A DNA stretch of 64,000 nucleotides from Vairimorpha necatrix (Eukaryota): contig CP142735.1 in NCBI GenBank assembly GCA_036630325.1, positions 744,001 through 808,000 on the forward strand, written 5' to 3'. Every line of letters begins with the position of its first letter. The stretch's first letter is position 1. The position numbers and the translations under genes are program-made. Of the stretch, positions 23,916 through 35,112 are shown in pieces. The notes beneath the pieces were generated by a model. It was given only the letters and a program-made list of their open reading frames with translations. It did no database searches and was not told the origin of the DNA.

Positions 23916-24665
23916 TAAATAAATAGGCATTTTAAAAGAAAGTTTTTAAAAAGGGCACAACGGAATATAAAATCAAACAACGCAGGCGAGAAATTTTAAA
24001 CATTAAAAATAAAACTTCAAGAAACTTGACAATAAAAAGTAAAATCATAGAAATTGATAATTATGATTGCGTATACTAAGTGCTAACACTTTTTTATCAA
24101 TCTTTGTTTTTGTAGAATAGATTCAAAAACAGTATTAAAATCGTTTATAAATGTTTAATCACCCAGAAAAATTTCTAACAACGTTTTAACATTAAAAATT
24201 CCAAAAATGTGTATTTAATTGGCCTAAAAGAATTTACAATCATTTCATATTATTTATACTTTTTTAAATCATTTTATCATTGGGTATTTACTCTAAAAGT
24301 ACAACCCGTCTTTTCTAAAACCATAAATGTTCCTTTAAAAAAACCTTTTACAAAGCTATTAAGATTAAGAAGAAGAGATATTTCCAAGATATTTATGTCG
24401 TAACCTCTAAAAACTAATCAATCATCTTTAGAAAATTGGACAATTTGATTGGTTACTAAGCCATTATTAATTATTTTCAAAAGAGGAGATGCAAAATACT
24501 TGTGAAACAATTGACAATGTAAACATTTACCTTGCTCCGTTTTTAAAACGAATAATCATATGCTAATTTATTAAAAAAATTAAATTATGAAATTTTTATA
24601 ATAACAATTTAAAATGTTGCTCAAAATGTTTCTAAATATTGATAATTTTGGTATTTTGTAATAAT

Positions 24666-26413
24666 TGTACAGTTTGGAGCGGATGCCACGGGTAAAAAAT
24701 GAAAAAAAAAAAATTTCAGTGAGGAGCCAATCAGAAAATAAGAACAAATAAATGTTCGATTTAAATGACCGCCCAAATTTTGTCTCGATTTTTTGAGGGG
24801 TAAATTTTTTTTTTTAATAATGAAAGGGAATAATGAAAAAAGCAAAAAAACAAAGCTTTTGTTACTTTAATATTACCATGCAACCTTAAATCTCTAATGT
24901 TTATTTCTTTTATAGTAATCCCATTATTATCTTCTCTGCATAATTTTAATTAATTAAATTGTATTATATCTTTTACAATATAGACTTCTGCATCTAAACG
25001 TTCATACAGAGAATGTCTTCTTGTATTGTCGTTGTTGTCCAAATAAGGTCTTATAAGGACTCTATCCCCTATTTGAAATTCTAAAAAATCATTTTTCTAC
25101 ATACTTCTTTGTACTATTCTATCTGCAGGAATTTGTGTATGAATTCTAGCTGCATCATGATATCTTTCAATTAAAAAAAAGTTTGTGTTATTCGGAGCAT
25201 ACCTTTGTTGTTTTTTCATTAATATTGCAATCTAGAACATCTGATAAACTTTATTTGGCATATTTTTCGTCCTCACATTCTTGTTCGTGATTTTCTTATT
25301 TATCGAATCTAGAAACCCTGTGATTCTAGAGACGTTCATATTGTCCCTAATAGATCTATCAATTATTGGAGAGAATAATGTTTGATTTGTAGTAGAGTGT
25401 CTTTAATTATTATACGACCAGGTAACTTCTTCTCTTACCTTGGTCCATTGAGCCAAAATATTTTTTGTCCCGAGAGTAGATAAAATCATCCACTTTATTG
25501 TTTGATGGCGTCGTTCTATCTGTCCATGTATCCATGTCCATCTAGCTCTCTTCTTTACGTGTCTTATTTCATATTTTTGACATAAACAACGATTACCAGA
25601 TTTATAATTCTCCGCCGTTATCGGTATGAAGTATATAACAAGGATTAAACGTTCTAAACAACATTTCCAAGCAATCCCCACACTGATACCTGTTTTGTTA
25701 AGCAGTGGTACCGTCCAACAATATTTGGTAAAAAAATCTCCAATATTCAATAACCATTAGAATCCTTCATTGGGTTCGTGATATAGCCGGAGATCAATCA
25801 AGTCTGCAACATATCTTTCCCATTGATACTTTGCTACAATTGGTCTAATAACTGGTCTAGTTACTAGATTTCTCTTTCATTGACATATATCACAGCTATT
25901 CAAAACTCACTCGATATCTTTTTGGGTTGCGTCGTAGACTTTTGTTTGTAATAATTAAAACAATCTGTCCTGTCCCGGATGCCCATTTGAGACGTAAATA
26001 AATTTTGAAGCGTTGCTCGTTTTGGGTTAAGGAATCGTAATGATCTATATAGACATACTTTAAATCTCATCGTGAGCTTTGTGGTACCATTAATCACATC
26101 CCCAAAAGGGATAAACTTTATAGCTTTTTCTTGTAGCGTCTCTTTTTGTTTTTTCTACCAACCTCGTTGGAACAATACCAATCTTTAAGAAGACAACCCC
26201 TTCTTGTCTTTCATTGTTGTTCAGTTTTATCTTCATACCCTTCAAATTGCAGAAATTTTATATGCAAATCACAAATAAATACCAAAGTTTTTAAAAAATA
26301 TTTTATTCTTCTCAAGTAAGCATTTGCCTGGCCTCTACTGCAAACGGATTTTTTTTAATTTTTTGCCCTTCTAAAGTAAGCAACTTCCCCGGCGTCCGCT
26401 CCGAGCGGTGACA
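24666..26413 (-). mobile_element. Ginger2/KRBA2-like integrase DNA transposon, defective
   Basis: TGT..ACA imperfect TIRs sharing GGAGCGGAYGCC, TSD ATAAT. Decayed integrase (CDIC, ERYVADLIDLR, DFFTKY, GQIER). No RT or LTRs. Confidence 0.8.
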
Positions 26414-26443
26414 ATAATTTACTATTATTTTTTTTTACCCTCC

Positions 26444-26953
26444 ATGTGCAGTCATCTTCAAACTGAAGACGGTTTTTGTATTAATTGTGGTATACAAATC
26501 ACCACTCTAAATTTAGTCGATTCCTACACACCTGTAAATCATCACACAAAATCTCAGAAACATATTTATTTACTTAATAAACTTCTCCATACTTTTAACA
26601 TATCAGAATTTAAGCCGAATATATTACACGAATATAACACCAAAGCTTTTTCATTTAGACATAGTATGAAAGATAAACTTCTTCTTTGTACTTATAAAGT
26701 GTTAAGAGACTCTTCATATCCCATAACGTTTAGCGACGTAGAGAAATATTCCCCTAAAATAAAAAGTAAATGGTTTAAAGAATATAAATATATTCCGTAT
26801 AGTAAAGCCTACATTAGAAATTTATTGGACAGATTTGGTCAAAATATTAGCTGTACCAATTTACAAGAAGTTATGAGCTATGTAGAAAAATATAGTAACA
26901 AACCCATGGAAAAAGTTATACAAAAATTTTTAATAAACAAAAAATCAGTTTAA
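26444..26953 (+). CDS. Hypothetical protein with an N-terminal TFIIB-type zinc-ribbon-like motif
   Basis: MCSH...CINCG. ATG at 26444 after CCCTCC; the ORF-track start at 26408 lies inside the Ginger TIR. Confidence 0.65.
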   Translation: MCSHLQTEDGFCINCGIQITTLNLVDSYTPVNHHTKSQKHIYLLNKLLHTFNISEFKPNILHEYNTKAFSFRHSMKDKLLLCTYKVLRDSSYPITFSDVEKYSPKIKSKWFKEYKYIPYSKAYIRNLLDRFGQNISCTNLQEVMSYVEKYSNKPMEKVIQKFLINKKSV

Positions 26954-27448
26954 AATTTTTTTTATTTTTTCTCTAATTGGTAAAATGCTTCGTTCTAAAA
27001 TATAAAATTGTGGATAGTCTTTTTTTAATGATTTGTTTTTTTTGAAAACATTAACTAATATATCTAAAATATTAATAAGAGAAGTTGTATCAATTTCCAG
27101 TATTAGATTTACAATATGGGATATAAATTCTTGTATTAAAGTAATACTAACATCACTGTCAATAATTTCAATTAAAAAAACAGTATTAGAAGGTAAAGTG
27201 TCTACTGTTATGTTTTCAAGTGTAATTTTATAGAAGTCTGGAAAATCTAAATCGTAATTTACTATGACATAGTACAGAAATTTGCTAACTTCTATATTTC
27301 CTTTATGATGTTTTAATAATTTAACACAAACACTTCTTGGGTCATCTAAATCATCAATAAAATTGTATAAAGAGTTGACAACTTCTGGTTTAAAATTTTC
27401 TAAGAGTTTGTCAATATCTTTTTCAATTTCTGACATTATTGAGGGCAT
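26945..27448 (-). CDS. Reduced CBF/Noc4-like nucleolar protein (tentative)
   Basis: YDLDFPDFY followed by helical segments, reminiscent of the Noc4 LDYPxFY region. 9-bp convergent overlap with the neighbouring gene. Confidence 0.5.
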   Translation of the reverse strand: MPSIMSEIEKDIDKLLENFKPEVVNSLYNFIDDLDDPRSVCVKLLKHHKGNIEVSKFLYYVIVNYDLDFPDFYKITLENITVDTLPSNTVFLIEIIDSDVSITLIQEFISHIVNLILEIDTTSLINILDILVNVFKKNKSLKKDYPQFYILERSILPIREKIKKILN

Positions 27449-28457
27449 TCTTATAAAAAATTAAAAAAGCCGTTAATTTTTTAAGTTAAAGTGAATTTTT
27501 AAAATAAATGAAGCCGATCAATAATTAATTATATTATTTACGACATATATATATATTGGATTAAAAATTAATTGTAAACTTAATTTTAATTGCATATTAT
27601 AATATTCGATTGTTTAAAAAACAGTTGAATTTATATACATTATTGAAAATTTTATTATTTATTCCTTCCGAGGGGCAATAAAAAACAAAAAAACTGTTTT
27701 TAAAGAACTAAATTAGTTCTTTATGAAATTATTGGTTAAAATTGAACTGACAATAACCACAACTCTTTCAATTGCATATCTTTTATTATAAAAATGTCCT
27801 AATTGTTCAAATTGAACAATTTTTTAACATAAACTAGTAAACCTACAAATTTAATAAGCTTATTTTTCGTATAACGATTACTTTTTAAAAGAGCTCAAAT
27901 GCATAAAAAAAGAATAATTTATATTCTTGTGGGAATCAAGGCCTCTCATAAATTTTAAAAAAATATTTTTTTATATTGATTACTAATCACCGAATGCTAT
28001 AATATATATCATATGTTTTATTGGGGGTCATACCCTTTTTGGAAACAATTAGATAGCTTTAGTAACCAATCAAAGCGCATTTGCCGAATGTTGATTGGCT
28101 AGCTTTTTAATGCGCTACAACAGAAAAAATATAACATGAAAATATAAAATTTCCTCTACTATTGTGTCGTTATTTCTATTAAGTAAATATGATGCATTTT
28201 TTAGACATCATAATACTTCTAAATTTGTTTTAGCTTAACTTTGTTTGTTTCTTTGAATATTGCATTTTTTATTATACATAATGTTTATAGACAGAATTTT
28301 CCGTTTCTTGTTATGAATATCTAAAATTAAATTGCTATTATTAATGTTATATATCAATTTTCGGCCGGAGAGGCGTAAGCCTAGTAGTTAATTTCCTCGC
28401 TGAAGACAATAATTTTTTTTCTTTACTGAGTTAAGCTGTCGCGTAATAATATAAAAA

Positions 28458-28528
28458 TGCACCAACCGGGAATCGAACCCGGGCTAACAGCTTGGGAAGC
28501 TGTTGTCATACCACTTGACCATTGGAGC
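28458..28528 (-). tRNA. tRNA-Gly(CCC)
   Basis: Anticodon arm ACAGC-TTCCCAA-GCTGT, T arm CCGGG-TTCGATT-CCCGG, T5 terminator. Confidence 0.93.
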
Positions 28529-28792
28529 TCATTTTTTCAAAATTAAATATACTTGAACTGAAAAATATGAATTTTTTATTATAACAAATTTGTGATCTTA
28601 ATATTTCAATCGTATTATTCTTTTTTACAAATAAATCTGGCAACTTATTACAATAATTTAATTAGTCCAGTCAATAATAATTGCTAAAATACTATAAGTT
28701 TACAAGAAACCCCATTTACTTTTCACTTAAATTTTTATTTACATATTTAATTTTACATTCTGCATTTTTAAAGGTTTTGTCATGTTTACACT

Positions 28793-29398
28793 TCATTCCT
28801 CAAAAGTCTTCACTTTAATATTATAATCATCAACCGCAAAATATCCATGCTCAACCACTCCACATATTTCTCTACACTCATTTAAAAATTTTTCATCAAA
28901 CACCACGTCAACAATAAAATTCCCCAAATCGGTTATAACAGGCCCGAATTTATTCTCACCACGTCTCAACTCATATTTTACATTTTTTTTCTTCAATATT
29001 TTTTCTATATATTTAACACTTCCTGGCAATATTTCTATAGGCACATAACAGTCCTCAAAACATTCTCTATATTTATAGTTCTGTACTATTATTAGTACTT
29101 CGTCGGCCATTGTACACATCAACTTCTCTGTTGTTAGTGACCCGCCTTTACCCTTTATCATATTTCCTTTTTTGTCAAAATAATCACATCCGTCTATGTA
29201 CAAGTCTAAATGGTCTATTGATTCAAGTGGATAACAATGAATAGAATAATTGAGCAAGCTTCTTGTGGTTTGGTGGCTTGATGAAACATATTGAAGATTT
29301 GGATTTAGGTATGGGAGAATGGATTCTACAGTTCTGCCTGTGCCAATGCCTACTATTGATTTGGATTTACAAATAGTTTCGATGGTAGTTTTTAACAT
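28793..29398 (-). CDS. RKI1: Ribose-5-phosphate isomerase A
   Basis: GIGTGRT, YIDGCD, IKGKGG..EK, PVITDLGNFIVD, GVVEHG motifs. Confidence 0.93.
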   Translation of the reverse strand: MLKTTIETICKSKSIVGIGTGRTVESILPYLNPNLQYVSSSHQTTRSLLNYSIHCYPLESIDHLDLYIDGCDYFDKKGNMIKGKGGSLTTEKLMCTMADEVLIIVQNYKYRECFEDCYVPIEILPGSVKYIEKILKKKNVKYELRRGENKFGPVITDLGNFIVDVVFDEKFLNECREICGVVEHGYFAVDDYNIKVKTFEE

Positions 29399-30238
29399 TT
29401 AGAAGTGTAATTATAAATTATAAAAATAATATAAAGGAGGTTGACAAATGATTATTCATTAAAAAAATATTGGTCATAAGACATTGTAAAAATAGAGAAA
29501 GAGACATATGTTAAAAAAAAATATTCTAGCAGAAAACACATACATTACATTGTAGTGAAGGGAAAGACCTAAAAATAGTCAAGTGCCATAATTCTTGCAA
29601 TGTTTTTTTTATAATTCTAATCTATAAGTCTTAATTTACAGATACAACTACGTGTTAATTTTAGGATTATAATCTAATTTTGTTATTATATTTTATAGAA
29701 GAATACATTCGAAGTCAATTGGTCGTCCCGTTGAAAGTGAAATTTTTTTGCACTATACTAATACAATTTTTTATAGAAATTATCTGGATGAGGCGTGTTT
29801 TTAAAATTTCGCTTAGTATAAGTATATCGCCAAGTATCTTATATACAAGGCATAATACGTCTTTATAAGTCAATTTACACTCTCCACATGATCAATTTCA
29901 TCGCTTCCTTAGAAATATTACTAGTTTATTCCGCGTGGCTAAAAATCTATAATGGCATATGCCAGTTAAAAAATGAGTTTTGTGTATTTTTATAACTAAT
30001 TTTATATTAAAACATACATATTTCTTTTTAATAAGCTAAAATATTTTATACCGCGACAATTTTTTTTTCTTTTTTTTTGGTGCTAGGACCTTCGATAAAA
30101 TTTTACGAATAGTTGTTATTATTAAGTTCTACGAATTCTGACAATTTTCTTTTTTTTTCATATATAGACAACGAATCAATTTTAAGAAAAAAGTTCAACA
30201 AATTTATATTTAAAATTTTTATTATTTTCTCCCCAAAT

Positions 30239-30949
30239 ATGATCTTCCTACTTTTTTTTAATCCTCTACTGTCTCATGTCTTGTTTATCAATAACTTTAA
30301 AAACATTTACATCGATCTTTATATAGGTTTGGACATGATTATCGATAAAGACGAATGGTTCGGCGTAACAATGTCTTTTGCTCCTAAATTTGACAATGTC
30401 GAAAATTTTTCTATCTTAAATGTAGAAGACTTCGGTAATTTGATATCTGCTTTGTCTAACCATAAAGATGATGGCTATAAATCAATGTTCTCTTCTTCTA
30501 AGTATTTTTTATGTTCTAGAATACATAAAGACGACTTTGTATTTAATACTAATGTAATTATAGGGTACTGTATAGATGTGTCTAAAAATGCATATTACCA
30601 ACCAGGACAAGAATATATAAGTGACATTATAGTGCCCAATGAAGCTAAAAGTTTTTATTATTTTGATTTTAAGAAAAAAGGAAAAGAAGTTAAGTCTTTG
30701 TTTAGATTTGGGCATATGGTATCATTGAATGTTGAGAAGCCTTCTTCAATTGAATTTTATGAAAAGGAAATCGAGAAAAAAGCCCTGGAGTTGAAGTTAA
30801 AGGAAGAAGAAGAAAAAGCAAGGCTCAAAGCCAAAGGAAGAAGAAGAAAAAGCAAAGGTGTTGAAGTTAAAGGAAGAAAGAAAAAAAGCAATGGATTCGA
30901 AACCAAAAGAAAAAGAAGAAAATCCCGTCTTAAAAAAAGAGAGGAATAA
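30239..30949 (+). CDS. Hypothetical secreted protein with a K/R-rich C-terminus
   Basis: ATG at 30239 after CCCC. Signal-like MIFLLFFNPLLSH. Tail has repeated KGRRRKS/KGRKKKS/KRKRRKS. Confidence 0.7.
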   Translation: MIFLLFFNPLLSHVLFINNFKNIYIDLYIGLDMIIDKDEWFGVTMSFAPKFDNVENFSILNVEDFGNLISALSNHKDDGYKSMFSSSKYFLCSRIHKDDFVFNTNVIIGYCIDVSKNAYYQPGQEYISDIIVPNEAKSFYYFDFKKKGKEVKSLFRFGHMVSLNVEKPSSIEFYEKEIEKKALELKLKEEEEKARLKAKGRRRKSKGVEVKGRKKKSNGFETKRKRRKSRLKKREE

Positions 30950-31059
30950 AAGGTTCAATTTTATTCTTTTATATTGTTACGTTGCCACTAAAATTTTTAA
31001 AATTTTTTTCACGTGCTTCTATTTTATCGGTATTATATTTTATAGTTTTTGTATATTTT

Positions 31060-31141
31060 GACGGTGTAGCAAAGTGGTTAACGCGCTAGATTGCTAATCT
31101 AGTTCCTTCTGGGAGCGCGAGTTCGAATCTCGCCATCGTCG
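31060..31141 (+). tRNA. tRNA-Ser(GCT)
   Basis: Anticodon arm CTAGA-TTGCTAA-TCTAG, long variable arm, GTTCGAATC, oligo-T terminator. Confidence 0.96.
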
Positions 31142-31651
31142 ATTTTTTTTCATATTCAAGCAGACGTGATTTTGAGCTCAAAGATTACGCGAAAAGATGA
31201 TTATTCAAGTTTATCTTTAGTATATCATGCCAAATATCATCTAATTATTTATCAAAAGACATTGACATGTGGCATCTACGCTTGACATGTGGACTATATC
31301 TTCAGTAAATAAATTAAACAATTGCTTTCTAATAACAGTTTATGCATGAAATATAAAAGTTAAGCTTGTGAATAAGAATCTCTAATAAATATAGATAATT
31401 TATTTTTTATTTTTTGGTTACAATGGTGATCTCTAAACTCTTGATCATATCAGCCGATGATTTTAAAGAACTCCTTTCTTGCTCACGCTGGATTACCATG
31501 GGAGTCTCAGGAGCGAGGCTACAAAAGGAATCTTGAAACAATCCCATTTTACATGGTTGATGTTTTAAGCAGTACTTAAAACTTAAGAATAGTAATTCAC
31601 AAATAATTTAAATATTTATTTTATCTTTTATTCTTCTCTTACCCTCTTATT

Positions 31652-31912
31652 ATGATAGTAAGATTCAGTGGCAGTGCTGATCCATCTCTCAATGACAAAG
31701 ACTACAATATTGAGACCGAAAATAATATCAAAAGTATCTTCCTCAAGATATATTCTGATATAACTACAGAGTATACAAATAACGACGGGACTATTAAGGA
31801 TGGTGTATTGTGTCTATTAGACGACAGTGACTGGGAATTATCTGGGTGTTATGACTCTGATCTAAGTGGGTTGTCTTTTATTACACTTATTAATACAATA
31901 CACGGGGGATAA
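31652..31912 (+). CDS. URM1: Ubiquitin-related modifier 1
   Basis: 86 aa; GVLCLLDDSDWEL and C-terminal TIHGG. Confidence 0.9.
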   Translation: MIVRFSGSADPSLNDKDYNIETENNIKSIFLKIYSDITTEYTNNDGTIKDGVLCLLDDSDWELSGCYDSDLSGLSFITLINTIHGG

Positions 31913-32318
31913 ACACAATAAAAAGCTTAGTTTATACATCTATATTCGTAAACATTATATATATTTTATATACACTAATATTGTTGTCTTTATATAACAG
32001 TTAATAAGAAGCATTGAAAAAAAGTTCAACTCGTTGAATGCCAAGGTCGTATATAAAATTCCTATTCTTGTTAGCGCCACTCATTTGCATGAGCATATAT
32101 TTGTTCCTATCTTCTATAAATTATATGTAACTAATAGAACAATTAGATGTTAGTTTTATATTTAAGTATAACAATTTTTGGGTTGAAGACTTTGTAAAGC
32201 AAAAGAACATATAATGATCAAATAAAAGATTTGAATTAACCATTACGACTAGTATGCTTCTTTTTCGCCAAGCAAAATTTAGGTTATTTTCTACTTTTTG
32301 TTTATTATAAAAAGTTGG

Positions 32319-33340
32319 GGCTAATGTCGGCTTTAGGAGAAAATTTTCGATATAGGTTTTTTTTTGTTTTTTTGCCCCTTTTTTTCAAAAATGGAGGAGA
32401 AAAAATGTGGAGGAAGAAACAAAAATAAAAATTAAAACAAAAAATTTATTAATGCTTCAAACACAAAACTAGAAGAATTTCTTTGAAGCATATACCTGAA
32501 TAAATAAAGTTTTGCACTCCGAACTGATCTATTTCTATTTGGTATAGAATTTTTTAAAGATCGCCAATTAACTTCTATGGTATTGGTATGAACTCCAGTA
32601 AGTGGGTCTCTAAAGTGTAGAGAATGATTTACCATTAGATGTTGGTTAAATATAAAGCCTAAATTACGGTAGGCTCTCCACATATCGCTATAAATTATAC
32701 TATTTCTGTCTACATATTTTAACAAAAGATTAGTTAGCGTTATTTGGTCTCTTTTCTTAATATATATAAATATAATTCGGCGGTGTATGGTACGTTCGAC
32801 CATACCAAAACACCAGAAACCTTTCATAATTCTACCTCTATTATTCTTATTCTTGCCAATCTTCGTCTCATCGATTTCCACTACTGTGTTTTCACCGCTT
32901 ATAACGCCAATACTAGATAAATATTTTTCATAAAAATCCATTTCTTTTAACTTTTTTAGTAAAAAAGACACAAATTCCGCTGAACAACCCAAAATTTGAC
33001 AAATAGATTTTCGAGGATATCCTAGAATCCACATATTAAATATTTGTAATACTGTAATATGGTTAAGTCTAGAATCTTGGAATAAAGTACCTTTGCATAT
33101 TGAAACTGTTTTTTTACAAGTACTCCATTTACACTTCAAGATAAGTTTTTGTTTATTCTTTATTATCATCTAAGCATCACATAATTCACAATTCTTTATT
33201 TTATTTTTGGTTATTAATGCATTATATATGTTTTCTAATTGCTCTCTTGTTTGAATTTTCTCCTCCATTTTTGAAAAAAAGGGGCAAAAAAACAAAAAAA
33301 AACCTATATCGAAAATTTTCTCCTAAAGCCGACATTAGCC
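32319..33340 (-). mobile_element. Young Merlin element
   Basis: ~80-bp near-perfect TIRs starting GGCTAATGTCGGC, perfect 8-bp TSD AAAGTTGG. Confidence 0.95.
32432..33169 (-). CDS. Merlin/IS1595-type DDE transposase
   Basis: VEIDETK, YSDMW, VNHS, HTNTIE. Uninterrupted 245 aa, but the N-terminus may be incomplete. Confidence 0.85.
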   Translation of the reverse strand: MIIKNKQKLILKCKWSTCKKTVSICKGTLFQDSRLNHITVLQIFNMWILGYPRKSICQILGCSAEFVSFLLKKLKEMDFYEKYLSSIGVISGENTVVEIDETKIGKNKNNRGRIMKGFWCFGMVERTIHRRIIFIYIKKRDQITLTNLLLKYVDRNSIIYSDMWRAYRNLGFIFNQHLMVNHSLHFRDPLTGVHTNTIEVNWRSLKNSIPNRNRSVRSAKLYLFRYMLQRNSSSFVFEALINFLF

Positions 33341-33346
33341 AAAGTT

Positions 33347-34290
33347 GGTAACGCGGTCTGAACGAGAACTTTTGGTTAAAAGGGCCACTTGGGGAGTTTT
33401 AAGACTATAAATATTTTTTTGGAAAGTCAAAACGGCAAATAGGAAGAAAAAAAAATCTAATAATTTTGTTAATAAATCACTTTTTAAGTTCGTTCTTGGT
33501 ATAAATTTTATTAATGAACCAGTAATCAGAGTTCTATGTCTTGCCGAGGCTCGTTTTTTTCTTCGCTTCAATTCCCTATAATATTGTAAGAATAACAGCT
33601 ATTGGAATTGCTTACAAATTTAAGTGTATTTTAGAAGTGTATGAACAGTCAACTAATTTTTTTGTTTTTGTAGGACTTACCGCAGTCACTGTGTATTATT
33701 AATTTACAGTATGTATAATTTTAATTAGTTCTTCCAAGTGTTAGCTTTGTCATTATGTACTAAAATATTATTATCTTTCTTGAGGCGGTTCTTTATACAA
33801 CCCCAATTTCCAGATGATCGATACAATGTTTTCTGTGGTATTTAATTTACCAAATTTGCTTTTTTCTATTTCTACTACTTTTCTTTGTCCATCTATTTAA
33901 ACAGTTAAATTGTAAACTTTGTTTTCCAACAAAAAATTGTTTTTTATTTTACGTTTAATATATCTATGGCTAATACCCGAAAATCAACTTTTTAGGATCC
34001 GTTAAACTTTACAAAACCATAGTTTTATTGCTGAGAATTGTCTAAAATACTTGTATTTTATGATAGGATGGATGGTCTTTTGATAATGACCCTTTAATTC
34101 TACAAGCTTTCCAAACACATATAACTACAAATTTCTTTTTAAAGTTGTTTAACAATCCTATTACATTTTTGTCACTTACAGCTTTGTTTTCGATTGCTAT
34201 AGTAAATATTTTCGAGCCCCTCATCATAACGTTCAATTTTGGGGGAAAAATGACAAATTTGCAAAAATCCCCCTTTTAGCACAGTGGTTC
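33347..34290 (-). pseudogene. Highly decayed Merlin element (ends approximate)
   Basis: Minus-strand remnants CVWKAC, TLEELIK and ARHRT resemble the transposase at 35380-35990. Confidence 0.55.
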
Positions 34291-34298
34291 AAAGACCA

Positions 34299-35090
34299 TT
34301 TTTTTCCCTTGCAAGTAAGAGGCAGGGAGAAATCTTACATAGTGACTAGAGAATTTGGGCGTGATCCTCGTCCATCTGGTACTGTTAGATTCTTACTCAC
34401 TAAAACTCCCTCCATACAACTTGCCGGTGCAGCAAGCTCCGCCGTATCCATTGGACTTTGGCTCCTGGAGAACACTTTCCATTTATACCTCAAATCGCGT
34501 CCAGAGTGACCTCACAGCGGATATACTTAACGAGCATGGTTATCTATAACCCGAGGAGAGACATCATCGTACTGACTCAAAGGTCCCTACAATCATCCGT
34601 ATTGCACACACGGCTCCTTTTACACGACCACAACCCCAGGCCGGCGTTTTTATTGGGCTGCGTTGACCACCAGTCTCTCACTAGTTTCGGCCACCGTGCT
34701 ACAGAATCTTGTAGGATAGGGTCCACGAGACCTTCTATTACCCTACTTCGTCTAGTCTCTTAGTTAGCTCTAGGATTCCACTCTAGAGTGCACCAGCTAT
34801 GGGCTCAAACTAGGCCGGATCCATTAGATACTTTTATGTATCATCAAGTCACCAAAGGGTGATACTGCTTTTTGGCTTTGAGGTGCGTTTCTACACTAGA
34901 TGCTAATCCCCTTGTGGCTAAACACACACAATTTTGTGTTGAATTAACTTAATGGTCATCGTAGACATTTTCTTCATCTAAGTTGTTCCAACTGCATCAC
35001 AGAAAGTAGAAACAATTTTGGTGCCCTAGGAATCGAACACAGCCATTGCTCAATGGAAACATCATCTTCTACCACTGGGCTTAGAGCACC
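34299..35090 (-). mobile_element. tRNA-headed SINE-like element, full length (792 bp)
   Basis: Begins at the G of a 72-nt tRNA-like head (35019-35090) and ends in A7. Flanks TGGTTCAAAGACCA / TGTTCCAAAGACCA (12/14 identical). Confidence 0.85.
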
Positions 35091-35112
35091 TGTTCCAAAG
35101 ACCAAGACCTTG

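Noticed and set aside
34309-34763. Short ORFs inside the SINE-like repeat (also 3285-3584 and 49386-50303)
   Set aside because: Reading frames and stops differ between copies, there are no recognisable motifs, and they are antisense to the tRNA head.
35019-35090. Functional tRNA-Gly(TCC) gene
   Set aside because: Anticodon and T stems are disrupted, there is no terminator after the head, and it is fused to a repeat body.
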